From Eledone cirrhosa (taxonomy: Eukaryota), in the NCBI GenBank assembly GCA_964016885.1, contig OZ024755.1, forward strand, positions 22,196,001 through 22,260,000: a stretch of DNA of 64,000 bases. Reading direction: 5' to 3'. The position numbers and the translations under genes were made by a program. Positions 24,181 through 38,584 of the stretch are shown here, in pieces. Below the pieces are notes generated by a model. It saw nothing but the letters and a program-made list of their open reading frames with translations. It made no database searches and had not been told where the DNA came from. How positions within the stretch are numbered: the first letter of the stretch is position 1; each line of letters opens with the position of its first letter.

Positions 24181-24655
24181 AGCTTTCCTCAAAATCATTG
24201 TCTCGGTTGATATCAAATTTTTTGAAACACCCTGTATATGTAGAATCTATATAAATGTTATAAGGTAAAATATAGCTGAGAATTATAGCAATATTTCTAA
24301 ATGCTTCAAAATATTTACAAGATACAATACAGTATTGAAACATTTGAACTAAGTAATGCCATCTATTAGGCATTGTGCTGGCCAATTGTCTTTTTATGGC
24401 TTCCTCTGAAAATTACCACCCACCAGTAGTGAAATATGTGAAATATCTCTAAGATACAAAGAAAAGACAAGACAAACATCTAAAAATAGTTAGATCTACT
24501 CAATGTTATCAAGAACCCGATTTATATAATAAAGCTATAGTCATCGTCTGTCACAGCAGCAGATTTTAAAGAAAAACTAAGATACTATTGTTGCATGAAG
24601 AATAGATAGAATGTGGAATTTCTAAATAAACAACAAATGGCAGCAGACTGACTAC

Positions 24656-25290
24656 AATTTGGTAGAATAGCTTCTAAAATATGATACATAATTTGGTAGA
24701 ATATCTACTGAAGTATGATACACAATTTGGTAGAATATCTTCTAAAATATGTTACATAATTTGGTAGAATATCTACTGAAGTATGATACATAATTTGGTA
24801 GAATAACTTCTAAAATATGTTACATAATTTGGTAGAATATCTACTGAAGTATGATACACAATTTGGTAGAATATCTTCTAAAATATGTTACATAATTTGG
24901 TAGACTATCTACTGAAGTATGATACATAATTTGGTAGAATAACTTCTAAAATATGTTACATAATTTGGTAGAATATCTACTGAAGTATGATACACAATTT
25001 GGTAGAATATCTTCTAAAATATGTTACATAATTTGGTCAAATATCTACTGAAGTATGATACATAATTTGGTAGAATAACTTCTAAAATATGTTACATAAT
25101 TTGGTAGAATATCTACTGAAGTATGATACACAATTTGGTAGAATATCTTCTAAAATATGTTACATAATTTGGTAGAATATCTACTGAAGTATGATACATA
25201 ATTTGGTAGAATAACTTCTAAAATATGTTACATAATTTGGTAGAATATCTTCTAAAATATGATACAAAATTTGGTAGAATAACTTCAAAA
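24656..25290. repeat. 34-bp minisatellite with higher-order structure, ~18 units
   Basis: AATTTGGTAGAAT recurs every 34 bp, with alternating variants. Confidence 0.93.
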
Positions 25291-25818
25291 ATATATTAAA
25301 TAATTTCAGTGACTTGAATTACAGAAATAAAACTGAAAAGTGAAAAAAATATTAATTCTTTGAAGGGTTCTAGAATAACAGAAATTGTGACACAGTAAAG
25401 TAGCAGATACTGTGGCACACTTGAGTAACAGAGATTGTGACTCAGAGGCGTACAGAAATTAATAATGTAATTCTCTTTAGCTACTTAGTTCTTTCTGCCT
25501 TTGACACTAATGAACCATTCTCTCATCATCTATGTCAACAAATGATATTTGGTTGTATTATTAATGTTATGGTGGAAAACTGGGAGAGGGCCTTGGTGGT
25601 CAGGGTCATTGTGGCCTTTTACTGGGCTTTCTCCACAAATGTCCCTCCGAAGTCTCCCCCCTATTGGGGAATTTTTCATTTTTATTTTTTTTACATCCTC
25701 TGTTTTTGTTTTTTACACGCAGAAATGCCCATTTGCACCGTCCTGTATTGTCCTGCACTGTCCTTAATGTCTACTTTATGTAAACCCTTGTGGTTAATAA
25801 AAAAATCATTATTAATGT

Positions 25819-25853
<35 letters not shown>

Positions 25854-25893
25854 ACACAAATCATTCTAATTTTGTTAATATGTCCTGATGGAG

Positions 25894-26088
25894 GGCGGTG
25901 GATTGGCAGTATCAGTAGAGGGTCGGACGCCATGCTTTCCAGCATAGTTACGTCCCTTTATGATCTGAGTTCAAATCCCGCCGAGGTTGACTTTGCCTTT
26001 CATCCTTACGGGGTCGATAAAATAAAGTACCAGTAATGTACTGGGGGTAATTTGCTGGCCTTGTGCCTAAAGTAGAAACAATTATTAA
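25894..26088 (+). mobile_element. tRNA-derived SINE family A, full-length (representative of about 20 copies)
   Basis: A box TGGCAGTATCAGT, B box GAGTTCAAATCC, core GCCTTTCATCCTTACGGGGTCGATAAAATAAAGTACC (Deu/Nin-like core, from memory), tail GAAACAATTATT. Further copies at about 6179-6370, 19330-19460, 28845-29015, 29881-29996, 39523-39715 and 61707-61888. Confidence 0.88.
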
Positions 26089-27074
26089 TGTCTATGTTTA
26101 GTCAGCCTCCTGTGAGATTTTATTATATAGGAGGTCGCAGGTTTTGTAATGATTAGAAAGTAAGAGAATGGAAGTGAGAAAGAGATATTGAGGAAGAATC
26201 GGCCCCAGTAATAAACTGGTACCTTTTTTTATATCAACCTTGAATAGATGAAAGGCAAAGTTGACTTCGGTGAGATTTGAACTCAAAGAGAAGAGATCCA
26301 TAAGGAATACTACAAAGCATTCTATCCACCGTTCTAAAGACTCTGACAATTTGCTGTCTTTAATATGTACATATGCCAGAACCAAAAGAAATTAGGTAAT
26401 AGCGACCAACCGACCAGTTAGAATAAAAAAAAAGATGTGTTGATGGTTCCTGTAAGATTGTCTAATTTAAAGCTATTCTGTAGATAAGATCAAGATAAAA
26501 GGATTAGGATCACTTAGAATTTGAAAGACATATTTTTTAATTACGTTATCTTCCTACTCCCCCCCCCCCCCCGCGCTCTCACCCGCTCCCTCTCACCAAC
26601 CTCCCTCCAACACCAGCTCCATTACGCTTCCGCCAACACCAACCTCTACCCCCCCCCCCCCCCAGCCCCTCTACTCCCTCTACCTCACCCCGTCAACCCC
26701 CTCTACCCCCCGCTATTCCCACACCCTCTACCCCCCCCACTATTCCCACCTCCTGCCACTATCCTCCTCTACCCTCACCCCACCAACAACAACAATATTT
26801 CTAAAGAATGATGGTCATTTCCTTAAATGTTGTTGTTTTTTTTTCTTTTTCATCTAGATTTTTTTTTCTCTCTCTATTTTGTTGTTGCTGTAGTTTTCTT
26901 TCTTTCTAAACAAATGAGAAGATTAGTAAGTGTTAGTAGAGAGAAGAAACAGGAAATGAAGAGGATGGTGGGGTAGTTATTACATGATATCTGGTAGTCA
27001 ACAGGGGGACCCTCCCTCTCCCCTCTCCTCAACCCTCCTCCTATCGCCCCCCCCCCCCACCCGGCCGGAAATCA

Positions 27075-27296
27075 GATATATATGTGTGTATATATATATA
27101 TATGTATAAATATGTATGTATATATATATATATGTATAAATATGTATGTATATATATATATATATATGTATGTATATGTATGTATGTATGTATATATATA
27201 TATATGTATGTATGTGTATGTATGTATGTATATATATATGTATGTATATGTATGTATGTATGTATGTATATATATATATGTATGTATGTATGTATG

Positions 27297-27329
<33 letters not shown>

Positions 27330-27509
27330 GTATATATATACATATATATATATATGTATGTATATATATACATATATATATATGTATGTATATATATATA
27401 CATATATATATATGTATGTATATATGCATCTATACATATATATATATATGGATATATACATATATACATACATATATATATATATACATATATAAATAAA
27501 TATATACAC

Positions 27510-27540
<31 letters not shown>

Positions 27541-27658
27541 CATACATATATAAATAAATATATACATACTTATATATATATACATATATAATAATATATA
27601 CATACATACATATATACATACATACATATATATATACATACATATATATATACATACA

Positions 27659-27690
<32 letters not shown>

Positions 27691-27995
27691 CATATATATA
27701 CATACATACATATATACATACATACATATATATATACATACATACATATATATACATACATACATATATACATACATACATATATATATACATACATACA
27801 TGCATACATATATATATACATACATATACATAGATGTATATATATATATACATACATATATATATATACATACATACATATATATATATATATACATACA
27901 TATATATATATACATACATACATATATATATATACATACATACATATATATATATACATACATACATATATATATATATACATACATATATATAT

Positions 27996-28032
<37 letters not shown>

Positions 28033-28320
28033 CATACATATATATATATACATACATACATATATATATATACATACATACATATATATATATACATACA
28101 TACATATATATATATACATACATACATATATATATATACATACATACATATATATATATACATACATATATATATACATATATATATATATACATACATA
28201 TATATATACATACATATATATATATATACATATATATATATACATATATATATATATACATATATATATACATATATATATACATATATATATACATACA
28301 TATATATATATATATACACA
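27075..28320. repeat. Long (TA)/(TATG)/(TACA) microsatellite tract
   Basis: Seen directly. Confidence 0.95.
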
Positions 28321-29362
28321 CACGTGTGTGGGTGTATGTGGGTAAGTGTGAGAATCTGTATGAGTGCGTGTGTGTGGGGCGGTGGGGGGATGGAAGTGTG
28401 GGAATGTGTATGAGTGTGTGTACATAAGTGTGAATGTATGGGTGTGTGTATGCATACATATACACACCTACATACAAACATAGTCACACTTTATGCATAA
28501 AGTATAAAGCATGTATGTTGATAAACATACATACACAGACACGTACGTGGGCCTGAGTGTGTCTGCGTGCGTGTGTGTGTGTGTGGTTTCTTGAGTGTGT
28601 GTATGTGTGTGTTTCCATGAGAGTGTGCGTGTGTGTGTGTTTTCTTGAGTGTGTCTGCGTGTGTGTTTTCTTGAGAGTGTCTGTGTGTGTGTTTTCTTGT
28701 GTGTGTGTGTGTGTGTTTTCTTGAGTGTGTGTGTGTGTGTGTGTGTTTTCTTGAGTGTGTGTGTGTGTTTCCATGAGTGTGTGTGTGTGTATAAAGTAGA
28801 ATGCCTAATGACCTCAATATTTCTGCCAAATAACCATGGGATTAAATAACCCCATTGTATTACTGGTGCGTTATTTTATCAACCTGCGATTAAATCTCCT
28901 CCAGTGCATTACTGGGGCTTTGTTTCTATTGACCCTGTAAGGATGAAAGGCAAAGCTAATTTCGGCTGGATTTGAACTCAGAATGTAAAGGGACGTAACT
29001 CTGTGCCGCAAAACGTCCGACATTTCTTTCCCCCCCCCCCATCCATCACCACCACCACACACACGTGCACACCCAACCCGCCCTCTTCTTCTATGAGGGC
29101 AAGTCTGTCAGTGTTGTTCCAAATACATGTCATCCTACTAATGTTTTTTTTTGTTTTGTTTGACACACCCCTTTGCAATTTGGAATAATTCATGTCTCCC
29201 ATCCTCACAGCAAATAACATTAATAAACTTCTTACTTCCAGCCTCTTTCCTGGTACAATATATCAGATGCTTTGCTTCTTGTTGATATACATACATAAAG
29301 AAATATGTGTGCGTTTAAACTATATCTGTATAAATACAGAGTGTGTAACTGTGACTGCACTA

Positions 29363-29407
<45 letters not shown>

Positions 29408-31957
29408 AACCAGTAAGACCCCGACGGCTGAGCTCAAGCCGTTTCAGAGAATTAGCCGTCGAAACGGCTTGAGCTCAGCCGTCGGGGTCTTACTGGTTCC
29501 TATTACCCACTCTACTACCCACTCTACTACCCTAAGTATTGAGTACTTTGGTGCGTTATGGTCCACCTGGTTCCTTACCACATTTCCTTCGTTATATATA
29601 TATATATATATACACATCTAACTTGGAGACATGTAAACATGCCAGAAAATACGAATTTTCCTGTAAATTGAAAAATATAATAAACATCTTTAACCCTTTA
29701 GCATTTAAACTGGCCATACCCGGCCAGAATTCTCTCACCTCTTTCTGTTCAAACTGGTTGTAACTGGCTGCTCACACCTACATTAAAGTATCGTTCTCAA
29801 AATAAATAATAGATTTGATACTATGTGAGACAATTATATAAGATAGAGCCTTTTCTTTGAAAATACAACAGTAAATATAGAATAATTGTTTCTACTTTTG
29901 ATTCTACGGGATTTGAACTCAGAATGGCAAGGGCTGTAACTCTATGCGTCAAAGCATGGCATCCGACCCTCTATCGATACTGCCAATTCACCGCCCTATT
30001 TCAGAATAATACTAAAAGCAAATTGGTATATATACCATCTATTTCTTCTTTGGTAGATTGTGTCAACTGTAGGATGTTTTGATTTATGTATGTAGTATAT
30101 TTCAATTTAAGCTTTGTCTGTTTGGCATTAGGAAAGGAATTCAGCCATAGAAACCATGCTCCCAGTACATGCTGTAAAGTGGTGTGTGTTAGGAAGGACA
30201 TGCAGCCATCAAAACCATACATATCCCAGTTTCTGTGGTGTTAAGCAACTGAGAGTACAAGACTCCCCATCCCCACTGGACAGGACTCCAGTCCATCACA
30301 GGGTTAAACTCCTGACTATTACTGGTACCTATTTTCAGCTGAGTATACTGGAGCAGTGTGAAATGAAATGTTTCGCTTAAGAACACAACACACAACCTAA
30401 TCCAGGAATTGAACCTATGACATTATGATCAGAAGTTCAACACCCTTACCACTTGGTCATGTGCCTCCATTAACCCTTTAGTATTTGCATTACTCTATAT
30501 TTATCATTATATTTTCATGGTAAAGGCTTTACTTCACATAATTACCTCATATAATATTGAATCTATGAGATTTTCATATTATTTATTTTAAGAACAAACA
30601 TCAGTATGAGTGGCCAGTTATGGCTGGTTTGAGTATATATATATATGAGTATATATATATATATATATATCATCATCATCATCATCATCAACGTTTAACG
30701 TCCGTGTTCCACGCTTGCATGGGTTTGGACGGGGGTAGTCCCACTTGAGGCAAGAGTGATTGTCTTGCTCGCATAGGACTGTCTGGCAGGTTTTCTACAG
30801 TTGGATGCCCTTCCTAACACCAACCACATTTACAGTGTGGGTCTGGGAGGTTTTTACCGTGTTGCCTACACGGCCACATTACAGCGTGGACTGTGTGTTT
30901 TTTTGTCGTGACACCTACACGATCTCATTTGTTTCGGCCTCGATGGCGCGGCACCAACATAACTTTACATATATATATATATGAGTATATATATATATAT
31001 ATATATATATGAGTATATATATATATATATATGTATGAGTATATATATATATATATGTAATATATGTATGAGTATATATATATATATATATATATGAGAA
31101 TAAACGTGCTGTGGGGTTGCTAATGGGTTACATATGAATAAAGTTAGTCCTTCATCAGTGATCTTCCAACCGAAATACCAATGATGGTTGGAAGATCACT
31201 GATGAAGGACTAACTTTATATATATATATATGTATGAGTATATATATATATGAGTATATATATATGTATGTATATATTTATATATACACACACGCACATA
31301 TATCTACACACATAGATGGATACATAAGCACACACCATTATCATCTTCATCATTATTATTTTACATCCAGAGAGAGAGGGGTGGGGGGCGAAAAGAGAGA
31401 GACATGCCCATTAAAAACAAAAATAATATGTTAGAAGTGAGGTGGGTGTACATTCAAGATATAACTTTAATCATGGAAAGAAAACTGAAATAAAACCAAA
31501 TACTAAAGCACACAAAAAAAGAAATAATAATTTCTTAACAGATATAATTTCAGTTGATTAACTTTCTACAACTATATATTTCTTTCGGCAGATCTTCTCT
31601 TTTATATAAGACTTTTTTTTCTTTTCCCCAAAATGAAAAATTCATTCATTATCAAATAATTTGTTTCCAAAATAGCATCATTGAAAATATAAAAACAAAA
31701 TAGCTTGTATTTATATATATATATATTTAAAAAAAGGAAAAGAATGACTTCACTTGTAGAACAATGTGTTGTTCTAAAAGTGAAGTCATTCTTTTCCTTT
31801 TTTTAAATATACCTAACTGAACCAGAGATTTCACACATTTTCCAATATATATATATACATATATATATATATATTTATTAAAATAACAGATATATATTTG
31901 ATATATATTTATCCTATCGAGCCCTCTTTGGATTTTAGTCTTCAAATTTATTATTAT

Positions 31958-32018
<61 letters not shown>

Positions 32019-32293
32019 CAGTTGATCAACAAGATCCCAGACCTAATTCACTTAAAAAATGGGGGTAGCTCGTCAAATTGGACCAAGGAATCAATGTTTC
32101 CATTGGTCTTTCCAATTGCTAATACTATCTGTTGGTCGCAAATCCAGGCAGAAGGAGCAACGTGAAATAAAGTGTCTTGTTCAAGAGCATAACACATCAC
32201 GCAGTCCAGGTATCAAAATCACAACCTCATGATTGTGAATCCAATTCTCTAACCCCTCAGCTACACGCCTTCACAATATATATATATATATAT

Positions 32294-32868
32294 AGGAGTG
32301 TTCCAAGGCCATAGTATCTAGAATAAAGATGGGTTGGAAGAAGTTTAGGGAACTGCTTCCTCTTTTGACAAAGAAGGGTTTCTCCCTGCGTATGAAAGGC
32401 CGGTTATATGATGCCTATGTGAGATGCGCGATGCTGCATAGTAGTGAGATATGGGCAGCAACTGCAGAGGATATACGACGCCTGGAGAGAAATAAAGCAA
32501 GCATGCTCTGTTGGATGTGCAATGTCAATGTGCGTGAACGACCAAGCATAGATGAGTTGAGAGAGAAACTGTGTATAAGAGGGATAAGTTGTAGTGTGCG
32601 AGAGAGATGACTGTGATAGTATGGGCATGTGATGCACATGGAGGATGACTGCTGGGTAATGAAGTGCCAAGAAATCACAATAGAAGGAAGACGCAGTAGA
32701 GGAAGACCATGAAAAACATAGGCGGAGCTGGTGAGAGCAGACCTCAGATCGCTGAAGCTCACAGAGGAGATGACAAAGGACCATGACAAGTGGAGAGATG
32801 CTGTGCTGAATAGGACCCATCCCACCTTTGCAAGCAGGGATAAGCGGATGTAAACTGATGATGATGAT
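32294..32868 (+). mobile_element. 5'-truncated RTE-clade LINE (3' end) within (TA)n
   Basis: MGWKKFRELLPLLTKKGFSLRMKGRLYDAYVRCAMLHSSEIWA...ELREKL, then GHV and GRRSRGRP motifs and a (TGA)n tail. Confidence 0.88.
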
Positions 32869-32871
32869 ATA

Positions 32872-32919
<48 letters not shown>

Positions 32920-33085
32920 GGGTGCGGATGGTATTTGAGGACAGATTTATGGTTAAAAAAAAAACCGCTTATATAATAACAGAAAAAACTGTATTCTTAT
33001 AAAAATAACATAAAGCTAAATTATCAATTTAATAATTTCATTCAATAAAACCACAATAAGCATCAATAACTGCCTCTACACGGGG

Positions 33086-34086
33086 TCAAAATCGTTTACA
33101 AGTTCGGATTAAGTGGTCCTTCTTCATATCGGACATGACTCTAATTATGGCAGCTTTCAAAGAATCTTTGGTGCTATGGGGGTGTTCATTGACATTTTTC
33201 TCAACAGTGCTCCATACGTAGTAGTCCAGTGGATTGAGATCTGGAGAATTAGGAGGCCAAATGTTGGGGGTGATGTGATCATGCAAATTGTCAGCCATCC
33301 ATTCTTGTGTCATTTGAGCCTTGTGCGTGCGATGGTGCAGAATCTTGTTGAAAGACACAAGGCCTTCCATTGCATACACTGTTGATCCAAGGCTTAACAA
33401 CTTCATCCAGAAACTCAATATATGCAGCAGCATTCACCCTAAGGCGTTGTGGAAAAAAGTGAGCAGGCATCACTTGTCCTTCATTGCTAACAACACCCAA
33501 AACCATAACACTTGCAGGAAATTTTGTGTGCATTACTCTTGGAACCCCAGAAGGGTCTGCACATAGCCACCTGTCATTTCTTCTGTTAGTTTCTGGTCCT
33601 AGTCAAAATTTTTCTCACCTGAGAAAAACCAAATCACACCATCTTCTGATGAATTTTTAAGTTTGTTTATAGTCTTTTGGATCAGATTAAACGCTTTTCT
33701 TTTGTTTTTTTCTGACATGAATTGACCTCTTCTCATCACGTAAGATTTGTATCTGATGTCTTCATGCACAACATTTCTGATTGTTTTTTCTGACACACCA
33801 AATTGTTTTGCAATTGACCTCATTGATTTTCCAGGATTTCAATATTTTGCTTAACTTTCTGAATACATTCAGGTGTCCTGATAGAATCAGAGCATTTCGA
33901 ATGCTTTTTACGTTTTGATACACGTAATACACTTCCATCTTCTTTCTCTAACTCACACCGAATCTTGTGGACAAAAGGTCTTGCAACTTTCAGAAAATGA
34001 AATATTTCTAAATCCCCATGCTTAGCCTTCAAAGCCACAATCACAGCATGCCTTTTCATTTCATTAGTAAGCATAGTTATTTTCAT
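33086..34086 (-). pseudogene. Frameshifted DD37D transposase
   Basis: Successive minus-strand ORF pieces: N-terminal/HTH (MRSIAKQFGVSEKTIRNVVHEDI), WFFSGEKNF, VMVLGVVS, FQQDSAPSH and WPPNSPDLNPLDYYVW. After frame repair there are 37 residues between the second and third catalytic D. Confidence 0.9.
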
Positions 34087-34136
34087 TGTTATTTTCTGAA
34101 ATGGATATTCAATAAAAATTACTCAAATAAAATAAT

Positions 34137-34314
34137 TGTTTCTACTTTAGGCACAAGGCCTGCAATTATCCAGTGCATTACTGGTACTTTATTTTATCGA
34201 CCCCGTAAGGATGAAAGGCAAAGTCAACCTCGGCGGGATTTGAACTCAGATCGTAAAGGGACGTAATTATGCTGGAAAGCATGGCGTCCGACACTCTACC
34301 GATACTGCCAATCC
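34137..34314 (-). mobile_element. SINE family A nested in the maT transposon
   Basis: 16-bp TSD ACTCAAATAAAATAAT at 34121-34136 and 34315-34330. Confidence 0.9.
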
Positions 34315-35027
34315 ACTCAAATAAAATAATGACTAAAAATACATGTCCTCAAATACCATTCGCACCCTGTATATATACACATATATATGATATATATATA
34401 TGTATATATATATATATATGTATATATATATGTGTGTGTGTGTGCCTGTGTATTCATCATCATCATCAACATTTAGTGTTTGCTTTCCCTGCTAGCAAGT
34501 GATGGATGCGCATTCACAGACTGATTCAGTACTGAAGCAGAGCTACTGACATCCAATCTATTTCATTTACATAGTCGCACATTTTCCAAAGACCATTTAT
34601 CGTGGCACCAACACAAGAGAAGTTTTATACATCTTCCATTAGCACACAATTTAATATATATATCTTAACTAACTGCCAATATATATATTGACAAAAAGCA
34701 CCTAACACTCACTGGAAATGAGGTTGGTTCTAGGAAGGGCATCTTGTTGTAGAAACTAAGCCAATATCGGTTCTGTAAGAGCAAGACATGGTCTAACCCA
34801 TGCCAGTTTGGAAAAGTGGATGTTAAACGGAGATGGTGGTGGTGGTGGTGATGATGATGATATATATATATATAATTATATATATAATTATATACTTATT
34901 TGATACAAACATGTAGTTACTTCCTAGTTACGTTTTATATATACAGCAGGATGTCCTTCCTAGCGCCAACCTCATTTACAGTGAGTGCTGGGTGCTTTTT
35001 GTCAATATATATGTATATATATATGTA

Positions 35028-35380
35028 TCATCATCATCATCATCACTGTTTTACGTCCGTTCTTCCATGCTAGTTTGGGTTAGACAGGTTGTCCTATTGT
35101 GGGAAGTGTCCGGTCGGCTGACCTGGTCTTGCTCATACGGGAACTAATTCTGGCTTGATTTCTACAGCTGGATGCCCTTCCTAACACCAACCTCATTTAC
35201 AGTGAGTGGTGGGTGCTTTTTTCCGTGGCGCCTACACGTCTACTTTATAGTGGAATGATAGGGACTCCAGTCCTATCATCTCATTTCTGCAGCTAAGTAA
35301 ACTGGAGCAATGTGAAATAAAGTGTCTTGCTCAAGGAAAAAACACATCAAGCCCAATGCTCTAACTACTAACCCATGTGC

Positions 35381-35382
<2 letters not shown>
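35028..35382 (-). mobile_element. SINE family C variant
   Basis: Reverse complement of family C with (CAT)n at the left end. Confidence 0.8.
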
Positions 35383-35426
<44 letters not shown>

Positions 35427-35509
35427 ACAGTCGATCGATTTTCTTTAAATTGGACGGAGAAAACAATATTTCCACTTGCTAATACTATCTATTGGTCGCA
35501 ACTCCAGAT

Positions 35510-35771
<262 letters not shown>

Positions 35772-36004
35772 AGTTCGATTTATATATATATAAATGAAAG
35801 GTATAGAAAGTATTGTAGCAAGAAGCCAACAGTATTCCATAATATATATATGTATATATATATATATATTATGTATATATATATTATATATATATTATAT
35901 ATTTATATATATATATATTATATATATATATGTATATATATGTGTATATACATATGTGTATATACATATGTGTGTGTGTATATATATGTGAATGTGTATA
36001 TATA

Positions 36005-36053
<49 letters not shown>

Positions 36054-36379
36054 CATTAACCTGGAATAATAAAATTAATAATAATATATTAACTGGCTTA
36101 TTATGGAGCTAAACAATAGCATTAATGAATATGAAAAAAAATCTGAAACTGAGACAGGATAGTAATAATGATGGACATTAAAATATAGATCAAAAATATA
36201 ATTGAGGCATTTGTGAAAATAATTAATTAAGCAGAGAATTAGCAGAGCAATTTATGCAATTTTTCATTACTATTTATTGAGGTAATTATTTGGTCTTATG
36301 GTCTTTCTATAATTCTTCAATATTCCTCTTGATTACATCTGTACATGTGGTAAGGCATTATACAGATTCATGCCCCCAG

Positions 36380-36420
<41 letters not shown>

Positions 36421-36489
36421 AATAAGAAAATATATTATATTACATAGGTATAAACACCACTTGATTACACATACACAAAAATATACATG

Positions 36490-37285
36490 CATGTGAATAC
36501 ATGCATATAAGAAAACATAAACACACATATACAGACATATGGATGTAAATACATGCATATAAGAAAACATAAACACACATAACAGACATACATACATATA
36601 TATATATATACATGGATGTAAATACATGCATATAAGAAAACATAAACACACATATACAGACATACATATATATATATATATATACATGGATGTAAATAAT
36701 GCATATAAGAAAACATAAACACACATATACAGACATACATATATATATATATATATATATACATGGATGTAAATACATGCATATAAGAAAACATAAACAC
36801 ACATATACAGACATATATATATATACATATATACATGGATGTAAATACATGCATATAAGAAAACATAAACACACATATACAGACATACATATGTATACAC
36901 ATGGATGTAAATACATGCATATAAGAAAACATAAACACACATATACAGACATACATATATATATATATATATACATGGATGTAAATACATGCATATAAGA
37001 AAACATAAACACACATATACAGACATACATATATATATATATACATGGATGTAAATACATGCATATAAGAAAACATAAACACATATATACATACATATAT
37101 ATATATATACATGGATGTAAATACATGCATATAAGAAAACATAAACACATATATACAGACATACATATATATACACATGGATGTAAATACATGCATATAA
37201 GAAAACATAAACACACATATACAGACATACATATACACATGGATGTAAATACATGCATATAAGAAAACATAAACACACATATACA

Positions 37286-37320
<35 letters not shown>

Positions 37321-37660
37321 GGATGTAAATACATGCATATAAGAAAACATAAACACACATATACAGACATATATATATATACATATATACATGGATGTAA
37401 ATACATGCATATAAGAAAACATAAACACATATATAGACATACATATATATACACATGGATGTAAATACATGCATATAAGAAAACATAAACACACATATAC
37501 AGACATACATATATATACACATGGATTTAAATACATGCATATAAGAAAACATAAACACACATATACAGAGATACATATATATATATATACATGGATGTAA
37601 ATACATGCATATAAGAAAACATAAACACACATATACAGACATGCATATATATAAGAAAAC
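36490..37660. repeat. ~60-66-bp minisatellite with variable (TA)n spacer, ~18 copies
   Basis: Constant part CATGGATGTAAATACATGCATATAAGAAAACATAAACACACATATACAGAC. Confidence 0.93.
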
Positions 37661-38084
37661 ATATTATATTACATAGATATAAACACACACTTATATACAC
37701 ATACACACAAATATACATGGATATACATGCACAGAAGAAAACATTATATCACATAGGTATATACACACATAGATATATATACACATTTACATGCAGGAAT
37801 GCATGCACACATGTGCACGAATATACATGGATGTGCATACATATATACAGAAAACACATTACATTACATAGGTATAAACACACACATATACACACATTTA
37901 CATGCAGGAGTGTATGCACACACACACACAAACATGCTTACAAATACATGCATACACATGCACACAAATATACATGCAGAAATGTATGTATACACACACA
38001 CACACACACGTGTACACATGCATGCAAATACATACATACACAAAAGCACATTATATTACATAGCTATAAACAAACACACACATA

Positions 38085-38470
38085 CAGAAAATATATCATA
38101 CTTACATAGGAATATAACCACACACACACACACACAGAAAATAAATCATACTTACATAGGAATATAACCACACACACACACACACACAGAAAATATATCA
38201 TACTTACATAGGAATATAACCACACACACAGAAAATATATCATACTTACATAGGAATATAACCACACACACACACACACAGAAAATAAATCATACTTACA
38301 TAGGAATATAACCACACACACACACACACACAGAAAATATATCATACTTACATAGGAATATAACCACACACACAGAAAATATATCATACTTACATAGGAA
38401 TATAACCACACACACACACAGAGAAAATATATCATACTTACATAGAAATATAACCACACAGACACACACA
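38085..38470. repeat. ~45-53-bp minisatellite with variable (CA)n
   Basis: Constant part GAAAATATATCATACTTACATAGGAATATAACC. Confidence 0.9.
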
Positions 38471-38584
38471 GTATAAGTATGATATTTTTATTACTATGAA
38501 AATATTAATTTTTCCAGTATGGCTGTCTGTCTGTCCGTTTGTCTGTCTGTCTTAAGCCAGAAGGTTCATTTGGCAGGTGTTTAT

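Larger units (their letters stand above)
32918..34369 (-). mobile_element. Tc1/mariner superfamily maT (DD37D) transposon, near full length, inactive
   Basis: TIRs CAGGGTGCGGATGGTATTTGAGGACA (32918) and TGTCCTCAAATACCATTCGCACCCTG (ends 34369, followed by TA). Contains a frameshifted transposase. Confidence 0.92.

Noticed and set aside
26560-26790. C-rich tract (Pro-rich ORF, possible G-quadruplex on the minus strand)
   Set aside because: Low complexity with no evidence of function.
27041-28487. Long ORFs of 300-478 aa (also 12532-13517 and 36358-37662)
   Set aside because: Y/I/M/C/V translations of microsatellites; not genes.
36490-37660. Repeat-spacer pattern resembling a CRISPR array
   Set aside because: Spacers are only variable (TA)n/(CA)n, there are no cas genes, and the context is eukaryotic.
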